Shown here: in pieces, positions 1 through 12,851 of the stretch | Layout of the letters: each line of letters starts with the position of its first letter | Numbering within the stretch: the first letter of the stretch is position 1 | NCBI GenBank assembly: GCA_951406725.2 | Contig: OX597827.1 | Span: 1,302,001-1,366,000, forward strand | Origin: Octopus vulgaris | Lineage: Eukaryota | DNA length: 64,000 bases | Direction: 5' to 3' | Notes under the pieces: model-generated | Seen by the model: the letters and a program-made list of their open reading frames with translations, nothing else | Told to the model about the DNA's origin: nothing | Database searches by the model: none | Position numbers and translations under genes: made by a program

Positions 1-326
1 TTTTCTTTTTTCTTTTGTCAGTGTTGTAAGGGACGGACGACAGGCAAGGTGGACACGGGTGTAAAAAGGATGTAAATTAGATGGGAACAACTAGCACAAA
101 ATGTGTTCTTTCTTTCGTTTGGCAACCCCTTAACCATTATATAGAGGAACTCTTGGCACTTAAATATACACACACATACACACATTTATACATGGATATG
201 TGTGTGTGTATATACATATCTGCCCACGTATACTTCTGTACAAATATATATATATAAACACATAAACATACATATAGAGACATTAACATTTATATATATA
301 TATATATATATTTATTATATAGAAGG

Positions 327-377
327 AGCTTCTACAGGACTAGTACTGTTTCATTCAAGAGAAATCTTCAGGAAGCT
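327..377 (-). ncRNA. type I hammerhead ribozyme (inverted pLTR copy)
   Basis: Exact reverse complement of 3916-3966. Confidence 0.8.
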
Positions 378-486
378 ATTTAACAAGAATTGTATTAGCA
401 TTTATACATTTAGAGGAGTGGTGGTGGGGGACTTTTTGGGGGTAGGCATAGCGCAAAATATCATACTTGGGGGAGTGGTCAAGGTA

Positions 487-533
<47 letters not shown>

Positions 534-628
534 AAAAAAAATAAAAAAATAAAAAATAAAAAATAAAAAAATAAAATAAAAGGATAAAATAAAAGAATAA
601 AAATAAAAAATATAAAAAATATAAAAAA

Positions 629-991
629 TCAGGCCTTGACGATAAAAGTAAATCCTACATTGGAATGACGTCAAACAGCTTTAAGACCCGCTGGTATGCA
701 CATACACACTCGTTCCGGCGACAGGATAAATCCAACCAAACTACCCTCGCCGCCCACATCTGGTACCTTAAAAGGAACTCAATCCCCTTCAAGACCAAGT
801 GGAAACTACTACAGAAGGCGCGCTCGTACACAGGAGGACATACCTGCTGTGACCTATGCATATCAGAGAGCCTAGAGATCTTGTTCGCCAAAGGCCCTCT
901 CCTTAACAAATTTTCAGAACACTCCCCAAACTGTATGCATAAGAAGTATGCGAACTACAAGAACTATAGACCTACCCGGCAACCTGATTGA
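629..991 (+). pseudogene. GIY-YIG endonuclease C-terminal part of a PLE ORF (5'-truncated)
   Basis: Frame reads ..KSYIGMTSNSFKTRWYAH..TTLAAHIWYLK..KWKLL..CDLCISESLEI..LNKFSE..NCMH*. The YIG motif, catalytic Arg, CxLCxxE and LNK..E..C.H are typical of PLE endonucleases. No internal stops. Confidence 0.85.
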
Positions 992-1074
992 TGACAACCC
1001 CCCCCTACAACCCCCCCCCCCAACCCCACTGTTCCCCTAGCACCCCCGATTACCTTTTCTCCTAAGACCTTTCA

Positions 1075-1656
1075 CATATTATATGTGCACGCTTGTATAT
1101 GTGTATCGTATGTATGTATGTATATATGTATAGAAATGCATGGGTACAGTAGGAATATACGCATGTATTATGTGTGTGTGTGTGTATGTATGCATGTAAA
1201 AAAATATATATGTATATATATTTGCATGTATATATATATATATATATATGTGTATATATATGTGTATATATATGTATATATATATGTATGTGCTTGTATG
1301 TGTGTGTGTGTGTATATGTGTATATGTGTTTGTATGTATATGTGTATATGTGTATATGCATATGTATGTGTAAATGTATGTGCTTATGTATGTGTATGTA
1401 TGTATAAAATATTGTATAATTAGGGCTTAGGAAAATAAAATAAATTACTTTGCCACATACTAAACTTTCTAGAAATAGCAGCCAATAAAGTTTTTTAGCC
1501 TCTTCCACTACTTAGAGAATTTTTTTCCCTCTAACATTGTTTACTCAAAATAATAATGGTCCCTTTACATACTGAACACTTGATGAAATTGATTAATAAC
1601 TAATTAACTTTACCCTCCCTTGTTGATATATATATACATATGTATATGTGTACATG

Positions 1657-1701
<45 letters not shown>

Positions 1702-1967
1702 ATGTGTGTATGTATGTATTTGTATATGTGTGTGTGTATATGTATGTGTGCGCGTGTGTGTGTATGTTTGTGTATGTATACTTGTATATGTATATGCATG
1801 AATGTATATATATATATGTGTGTGTATATGTGTATTATGTATGTATTTATATAGATATGTAGTTTATATATATATATATATGTATGTATATGCATCTGTC
1901 TGTGTGTGTGTATGTGTATATATGCGTATCATTTTTGCGTATGTATACATGTATATGTGTATATGTA

Positions 1968-2018
<51 letters not shown>

Positions 2019-2226
2019 ATATATATGTATATATATATATATATATGCATGCGTATGTGTATGTACATGTATATATGTATGTGTGTATATGTATATATGT
2101 CTATATATGTGAGTATGTAGTAATATAAGTATATGCATGTGTATGTATGGGTATGTGTATCAGTGTATATGTATATATGTATGTGTGTGTGTATGTATAT
2201 GTATGTATATGTGTATGTATGTATGC

Positions 2227-2268
<42 letters not shown>

Positions 2269-2327
2269 ATATGTGTGTGTACGTATGTGTTTGTGTATGT
2301 ATGTGTATGTATGTCTATGTATGTATA

Positions 2328-2389
<62 letters not shown>

Positions 2390-2901
2390 TGCGTGTGTGT
2401 ATGTATGCATATATGTATGTATGCATGTATATGTGTATGTATATATATATGTGTGTAAGTGTGTGCATATATGTATTTGTAAGTATGTGTGCGCGTATGA
2501 GTATGTATGTATGCTTGCACACGTGTATATATATATGTGTGTGTGTGTATTTATATGGATGCGCGTGCGTGTGTGCACGTGTATGGGTACGCATGTATAT
2601 GTGTATGTGCGTGTATGCGTATACGTGTATGTATGTATGTGTGTGCGTAGATTTGTATATGTATGTGTGAGTGTGTATATATATATATATATATATATAC
2701 ATACATATAGATGGGTGTGTGTATGCGTATAAATGCATGTAAGTATGGATGTATAGATGTATGTATGTATGTATACGTATGTATGTGTGTATGTGTGTAT
2801 GTATATATATGTGTGTGTATATGTGTTTGTGTATGTATATATATATGTGTATGTATGTGTGTGTATGTGTATGTGTGTATGTGTATGTATGTGTATATAT
2901 G

Positions 2902-2938
<37 letters not shown>

Positions 2939-3426
2939 GTGTATATATATATATATATAGGTATGTATCTGTATGTAGGAGTATATATGTGTGTGTGTGT
3001 ATGTATATGCGGGTATATATATATATATATATATGTATATTTATTGGTGTATATGTATAGACTAGCCTCCTAAAGTGTAGACACGAATCTGTAGGTACGA
3101 GTACGTATGTGTATATACGTGAACGTATGTAGATGTTTGTATGTATGAATATAACGCGTGCGTACGTGTATGTGTATGAGTGTACGAATGGGTGAATGTA
3201 CGTGCTAATGAGTGTGCGTGCGGGAATGAGTACTTGCCTTCTAGTAGACAGACAAACGGACAAGCAGCTATTGCCAGGATTCTTAGCCCTAGCGATCAAA
3301 GATAACAAAAGTAATAAATGAAGATAATAAAATTAAAATTAGGGAATGGGCCTGTATTGGATTGTATGTATATATATATATATATGTATATGTATATTTG
3401 TATGTATGTATGTGTGTATGTGTAGG

Positions 3427-3481
<55 letters not shown>

Positions 3482-3540
3482 AGATATATGTGTATGTGCG
3501 TATGTGTGTGTAGATACGTATACATGTGTGTATAGGTATA
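1075..3540. repeat. compound (TA)n/(TG)n/(TATG)n microsatellite field
   Basis: Seen directly; interrupted by short unique blocks at ~1410-1620 and ~3060-3360. Confidence 0.95.
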
Positions 3541-3915
3541 AGTGAGAATCTCCTTATTTACCTATAACTCTATCCCCCCTTTTTTTTATATATATATTTT
3601 ATATATATTTTTTATATATATATTTTTTATATATTTTTTTATATATTTTTTTATATATATTTTTTATATTCTTTATATTTTTTATATTTTTTATATTTTT
3701 TATTTTTATTCTTTTATTTTATCCTTTTATTTTATTTTTTTATTTTTTATTTTTTATTTTTTTATTTTTTTTTTTATTTTTTTTTATTTATTTTTTTTTT
3801 TTTTATTACCTTGACCACTCCCCCAAGTATGATATTTTGCGCTATGCCTACCCCCAAAAAGTCCCCCACCACCACTCCTCTAAATGTATAAATGCTAATA
3901 CAATTCTTGTTAAAT

Positions 3916-3966
3916 AGCTTCCTGAAGATTTCTCTTGAATGAAACAGTACTAGTCCTGTAGAAGCT
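3916..3966 (+). ncRNA. type I hammerhead ribozyme in pLTR
   Basis: AGCTTC-CTGAAGA-T-TTC(TCTT)GAA-T-GAAA-CAG(TACTAGTC)CTG-TA-GAAGCT: 6-bp stem I, CUGANGA and GAAA cores, GUA cleavage triplet. Confidence 0.8.
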
Positions 3967-4047
3967 CCTTCTATATAATAAATTAATTTTACTCTGCTAT
4001 GTATTGAGTACCTTACTTACTGTGGTTAACCCCGAATCAACCCGGGA

Positions 4048-4087
<40 letters not shown>

Positions 4088-4551
4088 CATAGCTTCCTTA
4101 TGTAGAGCTTGTTTGACGGCATGGGCACACACACACACACACATATACATGCATACATATGAACACAACCATACATGCTTTATATATATATGTTCATATA
4201 CATATATATATATGTATATGTGTGGCTGTTCAGTAATAAATTGTCAACCCTCATACATCGCCTAACAGCAGGAGTCCATGTCTCTCTCTTTCTCTCTTTC
4301 TCTCTCTCACACACACACACGTTTTTATAAACACATGTACACACCCGCAAACGTACATACATATACATATACATGTACACATACAAACACATACATATAA
4401 TCTCTATACCTATACACCATGTAGAGATGAATTGTAAATAATTTATCAGTGTATATTTAATAAACATATATTTAATATATTTGATAAACATATATTTCAT
4501 CAAAATGTGCAAATATCCCCCATGGTAACCCTTGTGGAATGAACTGCAGAA

Positions 4552-4599
4552 CAACTTCACTAGTTTTGCCAGGTTATTGCCAGCTCATCAGGAGAGTTG
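4552..4599 (-). ncRNA. degenerate hammerhead ribozyme
   Basis: Reverse strand CAACTCTC-CTGATGA-GCTGG(CAATAA)CCTGGC-AAAA-CTAGT-GAAGTTG. Stems I and II are present, GAAA is mutated to AAAA, and stem III is the palindrome ACTAGT. Confidence 0.55.
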
Positions 4600-5029
4600 C
4601 TTTATTTATTCCAGAGAATGAGAGAGAGAGAGAGAGAGCAGAAAGAGTGACAAAGAGACAGAAAGGAGAGAGGGGCAGAGAGAGAGAGGAGAGGAAAAGA
4701 GAGAGAAATGGACAGAAAGAGGGGCAGAGAGAGAGAGAGAGAAGAGAGAAAGAGAGAAAGAGAGACAAATGGAAAGAGAGAGAGAGAGAGAGTAACTAAC
4801 AATGGTTTATGAAAAATCTAATCATTAAGTGACTGTGATTTTGTTCGTTAGCAAATCAGTGTCGTTACCAGCATCTTCGTCATTTTTGTTAACATATTTC
4901 TTGTTAACATGGCTGTGTTTAAATTAATATTCTAAAGACACAATTAAGAATCTCACTTTAGCACCACATGGTTTCAGGTTCAATCCCAATGCATGGCATC
5001 TTATGTAAGTCTTGTCTGCTATAGCCCTA

Positions 5030-5410
5030 GGCTGAACCAGTGTTTAACTGGTACTTACTTTGTCAATCTCAGAAGGATGAAAGGCAAAGTCGACCTGGGC
5101 GGAATTTGAACACAGAACATGACAGATGAAATGCTAACGATTCTGCCAGATTGCTGCCTTTGTTTTGTCATAAATATTAAGCTGGAATAAGGTAGTGAGC
5201 TGGCAGAATCATTGACATGTTGTAAAATTGCTTAGTGGCATTTCATTCATCTTTATGTCCTGAGTTCAAATTCTGTCGAGGTCAACTTTGCTTTTCATCC
5301 TTTCGGGGTCAAAAAAATAAGTACCAGTTAAGCACTGGGATCGATGTAATTGACTTACCACTCCAACCACCGAAATTGCTAGCCTTGTACCAAAATTTGA
5401 AACCAATATT
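5030..5410. mobile_element. head-to-head pair of tRNA-derived SINEs (family A)
   Basis: GAGCTGGCAGAATC..GAGTTCAAAT..GTCAACTTTGCTTTTCATCCTTTCGGGGTC on + (5190-5410) and its complement on - (5030-5160). Confidence 0.75.
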
Positions 5411-5844
5411 TTCTTGGTATCTGGAACATAAAATATCCTGAAATTCTAATGGAAGGTTATAATTAAGAATATTTTAAAACAGGGAGTTTGTATCCTGGAA
5501 CCACCAGAAGATTCAGGTGGGTTTGGTATCACAAAAGGTTAAGAAGTTAAACAAAAACAGACACACTGGCTAACACATCATTTAATCTACCCATCTTCAC
5601 TTTTTCATGATTGCATGAGTCAGAAGAAATTTGTTAAGGCAGATTTTTTTTTTTACAGCTGGATACCTTTCCAGTTGCCAACTCTCACATGTTTCAAGCA
5701 AGGTAATATTTCCTCCATGGAAGGCTAGAAGCAAACAACACATGTATGACCATGTTGCTTGTTTACAACTATTGCATGATGTAATGTCAAGACAACGGTA
5801 CACATAAAAATGCACACGCATATACACACATACATATATATTCT

Positions 5845-6086
5845 TTTCTTTTATTCTTTTATTTGTTTCAGTCATTTGACTGCAGCCATGCTGGAGCACC
5901 ACCTTTAGTCCAGCAAATCGACCCCAGGACTTATTCTTTGTAAGCCTAGTACTTATTCTATTGGTCTCTTTTTGCCGAACCGCTAAGTGACGGGGACGTA
6001 AACACACCAGCATTTGTTGTCAAGCGATGTTGGGGACAAACACAGACACACAAACATATACATACATACATACATACATACATACC

Positions 6087-6125
<39 letters not shown>

Positions 6126-6250
6126 GGCTTCTTTCAGTTTCCATCTACCAAATCCACTCACAAGGCTTTGGTTGGCTCGAGGCTATAGTAGAAGACACAT
6201 GCCCAAGGTGCCACACAGTGGGACTGAACCCAGAACCATGTGGTTGGTAA
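5845..6250 (-). mobile_element. CORE-like tRNA-derived SINE (family B) with internal microsatellite
   Basis: GGTTCAGTCCCACTG..GGCACCTTGGGCA head/core and ..CAGTCAAATGACTGAAACAA tail on -; many copies in the window. Confidence 0.85.
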
Positions 6251-6756
6251 GTATACACACATATACATATATAGATACACACAGACATATTCATATACAT
6301 ACACACACACAAAGAATAAATACCAGGCTTTAAAAAAATGTACTGGTGTCAAATCATTCAACAAAAATTTCTTGAAGGCTCTGCCCCAGCATGACCACAG
6401 TCAAAGGATTGAAAGAAATAAAAGGTAATCAATTCCTTTATCTACAGATGACTGAGACTTACAAAACACAAGACTCTGGTTTGATTTCTTTCTTTTCTTT
6501 GTTTCTTTTTGTTATTCCCCCACCCCTTCTCTTTTCCCAATAAAGTACAATACATAATCGATACACATTCAATTGAACTAATTCTATAGCTCAATCAATT
6601 TGTAGTAACTTCTGCTAATTGCATTGTAGATAATTGCATAATTTTTCAAAACACTGAACTCATTCAACATTCAATTTATGTAAAGTTGACATTGTAATTG
6701 TAAGAGGAACAAATAACATCAATTTCGTTTAATTGCATAATATTTCATAACAACAG

Positions 6757-7205
6757 GGTGGCAAGCTGGCAGAAACGTTAGCACGCTGGGCGAAATGCTT
6801 TGCGGTATTTCGTCTGCCGTTATGTTCTGGGTTCAAATTCCGCCGAGGTCGACTTTGCCTTTCATCCTTTCGGGTTCGATAAACTAAGTACCAGTTATGC
6901 ACTGAGGTTGATGTAATCGACTTAATCCGTTTGTCTGTCCTTGTTCGTCCCCTCTATGTTTAGCCCCTTGTGGGCAATAAAGAAATAAGAAACGTTAGCA
7001 TGATGGGCGAAATGCTTAGTGGTATTTTGTCTGTCTTTATGCTCTGAGTTCAAATTCCACTGAGGTCAACTTTACTTTCATCCTCTCAGGGTCGATTAAA
7101 TAAGTACTAGTTATGTACTGGGGTCGATGTAATCGAATTTATCCCTTTGTCTGTCCTTGTTTGTCCCCTCTATGTTTACCCCCCCCCCCCTGTGAGCAAT
7201 AAAGG
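6757..7205 (+). mobile_element. dimeric family A SINE
   Basis: Two tandem monomers, each AACGTTAGCA..GTTCAAATTCC..TTTCATCC..CCTTGTT..GCAATAAAG. Confidence 0.85.
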
Positions 7206-7361
7206 AATAAATATTTTGTAACACTTTTGAGCAAACAATTGACAAACTAAGACTGTTTCTCATCTTTTCTGTCAATCTTTTATCTTTTGTCTTTTACTTG
7301 TTTCTTTTGTCTTTTGTCTTTTATCTTTTATCTTTTGTCTTTTGTCTTTTGTCTTTTGTCT

Positions 7362-7563
7362 TTTACTTGTTTCAGTCATTAGACTGCGGCCATGCTGGGG
7401 CATTGCCTTGAAGAAGTTTTAATCAAATGAATCAACCCCACCACTTTTCTTTTTAAGCCTAGTACTTATTCTAGTGACCTCTTTTGCTGAACCACTAAGT
7501 TATGGGATGTAAACACACCAGCATCAGTTGTCAAGCCGTCTGGGGGACAAACACAAATGCAAA

Positions 7564-7602
<39 letters not shown>

Positions 7603-7770
7603 ATACATGACATGACAAGCTTTTTTCAGTTTCCTTCTACCGAATCCACTCCCAAGCCTTTGTTTGGTCCAAAGCTATAGTAGAAGACACTTGCCCATGG
7701 TGCCACACAGTGGGACTGAACCCAGAACTATGTGGTTGACAGATAATTTGCTTACCACTCAGCTACACTG
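7362..7770 (-). mobile_element. family B SINE with expanded (TTTGTC)n tail region
   Basis: Same motifs as 5845-6250. Confidence 0.75.
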
Positions 7771-7861
7771 GCATCCATGTCTGTTTGCAAATAACTGATG
7801 CTAAAACTGTCAAATGTAGACAAGTTATTTTTACCATTTCAACATATTAACAACCATCAAA

Positions 7862-7898
<37 letters not shown>

Positions 7899-7903
<5 letters not shown>

Positions 7904-8101
7904 TAAAGTTATTCCAAACATGAAAACACAACAATGCGAGGACGTTGAACAAGTATAGTGTTATTGGATGGTCAGGAAAGGAAAGAAAGAAGGAGGAATT
8001 AACGTTTCGAGTGGAGCTCTTCATCAGAAAGATAGGAAAAGGAAAGATCCAAAGAGGGGAAGACAGAGGAAAAAAATCGCCAACGATACACACACGGTCA
8101 C
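7899..8101 (-). mobile_element. short (TA)n-embedded pLTR-like element with minimal hammerhead (7997-8030)
   Basis: Reverse strand TTT-CTGATGA-A-GAG(CTCCA)CTC-GAAA-CGTTAA, with palindromic AACGTT stem III. Related copies at ~16878-17072, ~54200-54310 and ~62410-62493. Confidence 0.6.
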
Positions 8102-8132
8102 ATATACATGTATATGTATATATATATGTGTG

Positions 8133-8183
<51 letters not shown>

Positions 8184-8889
8184 GCATATGTATATATCAT
8201 CATCACATCATCATCATCATCATTTAGTATCTGCGTTCCATGCTGGCATGGGTCAGATGGTTTGACTGGAACTGATAAACCAGAGAGATGCATCAGGTTC
8301 CAGTCTGCTTTGACATGGTTTGTACACCTGGGTGCTTTTCATGTGTCATCAGCATGGGTACCCTTATGCGTCACTAGCACGGATGCTTTCACATACCATC
8401 AACTTGGGTGCTAGTTACATGACACCAGCATCAGCTACAACTACAATTTTGCTTTGCTCGATGAATCTTCTCAAACACTATGTATACATGAATATGATGG
8501 GTTTCTTTCTGTCCAAGGTGGTATGCAAAGGGACTGAACCCAAAACCATCTGGTTAGGAAGCAAACTTCATACCTGCACAACCATACCTTCAATTATAGC
8601 AAAAATTTGTAAAATGATAATTCTGAATCAAGTGATGAATGGCTGTTATTTTATTTGTTTTCGTTATCATTAACCTCTGATTAATCCAATTAAACTTTTC
8701 TTAACCTGCATGGCTCTTCTTGTTACGATTGACTAATTAAGTAATTAAAAGTGTTTCAAAGTCTTTGTCATGATGTATGAATCTCTAGTTAAATAATCAA
8801 GAATTTGGTAAGATTGAGTAAAATAACAAATTAACTCATTTTTCTATTAGTTATTGACATTTAAAATACGAAATAACAATAAATTCTGA

Positions 8890-9302
8890 GTATGGCTGTG
8901 TGATTAAGAAGTTTACTTTGCAACCATGTGGTTTTGAGTTCAATTCTACTGCACAGCAACTTAGGCTAGTGTCTTCTACTATTGCCTTGGGCTGGCCAAT
9001 GTTTTGTGAGTGAATTTAGAAGGTGGAAACTGTGTGGAAGCCCATCTTATAAATGTATATGTGTGTGTTCATGTGTACACATGTGTTCGTTGTTTCCTCC
9101 CCACTCTTGGCAACTTGTATTGGTTTGTTTATGTCCCTGCAACTCATTGGTTCAGCAAAACAGGCCTATATAGAATAAATACAAAACTTAAAAATAAAAA
9201 AAAGGAAAGAATAAAGAATACTGGGAGTCAGTCTGTTTGACTAAAACCTTCAAGAATGTGCCCCAGCATGGTCGCAGTCCAATGACGGAAACAAGTAAAA
9301 GG
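8890..9302 (+). mobile_element. older family B SINE
   Basis: Diverged ATGGCTGTGTG..head through ..GAAACAAGTAAAA tail. Confidence 0.7.
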
Positions 9303-9452
9303 TATACAGAACAAAGGTAAAATGATTAAACCTTTAGCATTTAAAGGGGCCATATCCAGTCCCAATATTCTACCTGTTCTATGTTCAAACAGTCAAGATC
9401 TGACCTCTTACACAAACCCAGCAACATAATTTCAGAAATATTCAATCAGATT

Positions 9453-9655
9453 AAGGCGGTGACCTGGCAAAAACGTTAGTACGCCGGGAGAAATGCTTAG
9501 CAGTATTTCGTCTGTCTTTATGTTCTGAGTTCGACTTTGCCTTTCATCCTTTTGGGGTGGATAAATTAAGTATCAGTTGCATACTAGGGTAGATCTAATC
9601 GACTGCCCCCCACCACCAAAGAAATCGGGCCTTGTGCCCAGAGTAGAAAAGAATA
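9453..9655 (+). mobile_element. family A SINE
   Basis: AAGGCGGTGACCTGGCAAAAACGTTAG..GACTTTGCCTTTCATCC. Confidence 0.75.
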
Positions 9656-9883
9656 TACAATCACATCATTGAAATCTCAAAGCAAAGAGATATGCTTAAT
9701 TATTTTTAAATGATGTAAATAAATAAATATTAAATTTGATAGATTAATCTAAATGCTAAAGGATTAAGAATACGACTAATTCAAAACCTTTAGAATTCAG
9801 ATTATCCTATCAAATTTAATGCTTTTTTTATTCACATTGTTTTAAATAATCATGAATTATCTTGTAAGCATGAGATTTTGATA

Positions 9884-10282
9884 ACTCTTTTACTCTTTTA
9901 CTTGCTTCAGTCATTTGACTGCAGCCATGCTGGAGCACCACCTTTGGTCAAGCAAATCGACCCCAGAACTTATTCTTTGAAAGTCTAGTACTTATTCTAT
10001 CAGTCTCTTTTGCTGAACTGCTAAGTTACGGGGATGTAAACACACCAGCATCGGTTATCAAGCGATGTTAGAGGGACAAACACAGACACACACACACTCA
10101 CACACATACATATATACATATATACGACGGGCTTCTTTCAGTTTCCGTCTACCAAATCCACTCACAAGGCTTTGGTCAGCCTGAGGCTATAGTAGAAGAC
10201 ACTTGCCCAAGGTGCCACGCAGTGGGACTGAACCCAGAGCCATGTGGTTGGTAAGCAAGCTACTTACCACACAGCTACCCCT
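9884..10282 (-). mobile_element. near full-length family B SINE
   Basis: Head, CORE-like ACCTTGGGCAAGT, and (GAGTAAAA)n tail. Confidence 0.85.
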
Positions 10283-10503
10283 ACTATTAATTTTTAGAAT
10301 GATATTGCAGGGCTGGTGTGTGAAGCCAAATCTGGCCTCTTTGAGCAAAAAACAATCAGAATATTTTGGCCAGATATGGCTTGTTTAAATGGTAAAGGAT
10401 TAAACGTAAGCATTTTAAAACAAACTGGTTTTACCTAGTAAAAGGGGAAAGAAGTGAAAGCAGGAACTAAAAGACTATCATCACTAAGATAATAATGAAG
10501 ATG

Positions 10504-10761
10504 TGAATATGACTCACAATGTAAGGATATAACTAGAATAAGGAGTTCTTAATGGAGTTTTTGTGGAGTATGAATGGTATTTAGTCTATTAGTTATATTT
10601 GCTGAACTGCTATGTTACTCGGATGTAAACAAACCAAGACCTGTTGTCAGTGGATGGTGGGGTACAAACATGAAGACACACATGCACACATATGAATAGA
10701 TAGATAGACAGATAAATAATAAGACATAAATAGATAAACAGATAGATAGATAGATAGATGG

Positions 10762-10808
<47 letters not shown>

Positions 10809-11033
10809 GAGGCGCAATGGTCCAGTGGTTAGGGCAGTGAACTCACAGTCGTCGGATCGCTGAATATGACTCACAATGAGTAGTTCTTAATGGAGTCTTT
10901 GTGGAGTATGAATGGTATTTAGTCTATTAGTTATATTTGCTGAACTGCTAAGTTACTTGGATGTAAACAAACCGAGACCTGTTGTCAGTGGATGGTGGGG
11001 TACAAACATGAAGACAGACACGTACACATATGA

Positions 11034-11070
<37 letters not shown>

Positions 11071-11265
11071 CAGACAGATAGATAGATAAACAGACATATC
11101 AATAGATAGAGAGACAGATAAATAGATAAAAAATTAGACATATAAATAGATAGACCGATAGATAGATAAATAATAAGACATAAACAGATAGACAGTTAAT
11201 ATATATATATGTGGAGGCGCAATGACCCAGTGGTCAGGGAAGCAGACTCGCGGTTGTTGGATCGC
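10504..11265. repeat. local tandem duplication (units 10504-10860 and 10861-11265)
   Basis: Both units start TGAATATGACTCACAATG and end GGATCGC within a family C SINE head. Confidence 0.85.
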
Positions 11266-11503
11266 GATTTCGATTCCCAGACTGGGCGTTGTGAGTGTTT
11301 ATTGAGCGAAAACACCTAAAAGCTCCACAAGGCTCCGGCAGGGGGGGGGGTCCCTGCTATACTCTTTTGCCATAACTTTTTCTCAGTCTTTCTTCTGTTG
11401 GCCTGCTCGCTTAGCCAGCGGGGTGGCGTCATTTGAAGGCTAAAACAATGCAAAGCGCATTGTGACCAGCGATGTGTAGCAACATCTGATAGCCTGGTTG
11501 ATC

Positions 11504-11505
<2 letters not shown>
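11212..11505 (+). mobile_element. tRNA-derived SINE family C
   Basis: GGAGGCGCAATGACCCAGTGG (A box)..TTCGATTCCC (B box); second copy at 39990-40182. Confidence 0.8.
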
Positions 11506-11555
<50 letters not shown>

Positions 11556-11581
11556 TATGTAGATAGGTAGATAGATAGATT

Positions 11582-11639
<58 letters not shown>

Positions 11640-12791
11640 CAGAGAGAAAGAGAGAGAGAAAGAGGCAAAAAGATAGATACACAGACAGACACACACACAA
11701 GTAGAGAATCAGACAAATAGACAGACAGACAGACAGAGTGGTATAGAGAGATCGGCAGACATCAAGCAAATTGCCTCACAAGGCATTGGTCTGCCTCGGT
11801 CTATGGTAGAAAATGTCCAAATTACCCTGCAGTCGGTTTGAAGCTGTAACAACGTAGCTGTAAAGCAAGTTTCTCACCCATACAGCAACACCCAACTCGC
11901 AATAAGAGCACCTCTATCAATTTTCTATTACAAATTGATGTTTATAATGTCATACCATCAACATTAAAACTTTCAGCAGTTTATTCATAAAAATAAAAGA
12001 AAAAAATTATTTACCAAAAGCAAGAAGCAAAGAAAAATTAGTTGTATTCAGTCATCTGGAACCATGACTATTTTTAAAATATTGCACTCAATAAATACAA
12101 GAGAATTGGACCGTGAAGGAGAATGTAAGGTCCGATTCATAATGAGGTTTATTGTAAACGTATCTCCCCATCTATCTCTTTTATCAATGAATTATAGTTT
12201 GTTTCTATATTCTTCATATATATATTTTTAAATATATATATATATATATATACACATACATACATATATACACGTACATACATATCTACACACACATATA
12301 TATACAACATCATCATCATCATCGTCGTTTAACGTCATACATATATACTTATATATACACACATTTATATATAGATACATATATACCCACACACACGTTT
12401 ATTCATATTTACACATACGCACACATGTACATATATATACATACATACACATTTAGGTTTACATATACACACACACAAAAATATATATATATATAGCTGA
12501 GCAAATACATATGCACATATGTATATACATGTGTGTGTGTGGAGGAAGTCGGAGCTCTAATATCACCAGTAGCAAAGTTTTTGTCTATTTTTGTATGTCT
12601 GCATGGGTTGGAGGAGTCTGTTTCCAAGCAAAGCATGTCATCACTTATCCTGGCTCCTTGTCATTACCTTTGTGAGTTTCAGCCTCTTTAGATCAGCTTA
12701 AATAAATAAATATATCGACAAACATGCAACCACAAATATGTATATACGTACATGAAAATGTAGATACATTATGTAAGTCTATGTGTGTGTG

Positions 12792-12851
<60 letters not shown>

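Larger units (their letters stand above)
310..4052 (+). mobile_element. 5'-truncated Penelope-like retroelement with inverted 5' pLTR copy and 3' pLTR
   Basis: 310-629 is a near-perfect reverse complement of ~3678-3983. The left arm abuts a GIY-YIG ORF fragment, both arms contain a hammerhead, and the element is flanked by (TA)n on both sides. Confidence 0.85.
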
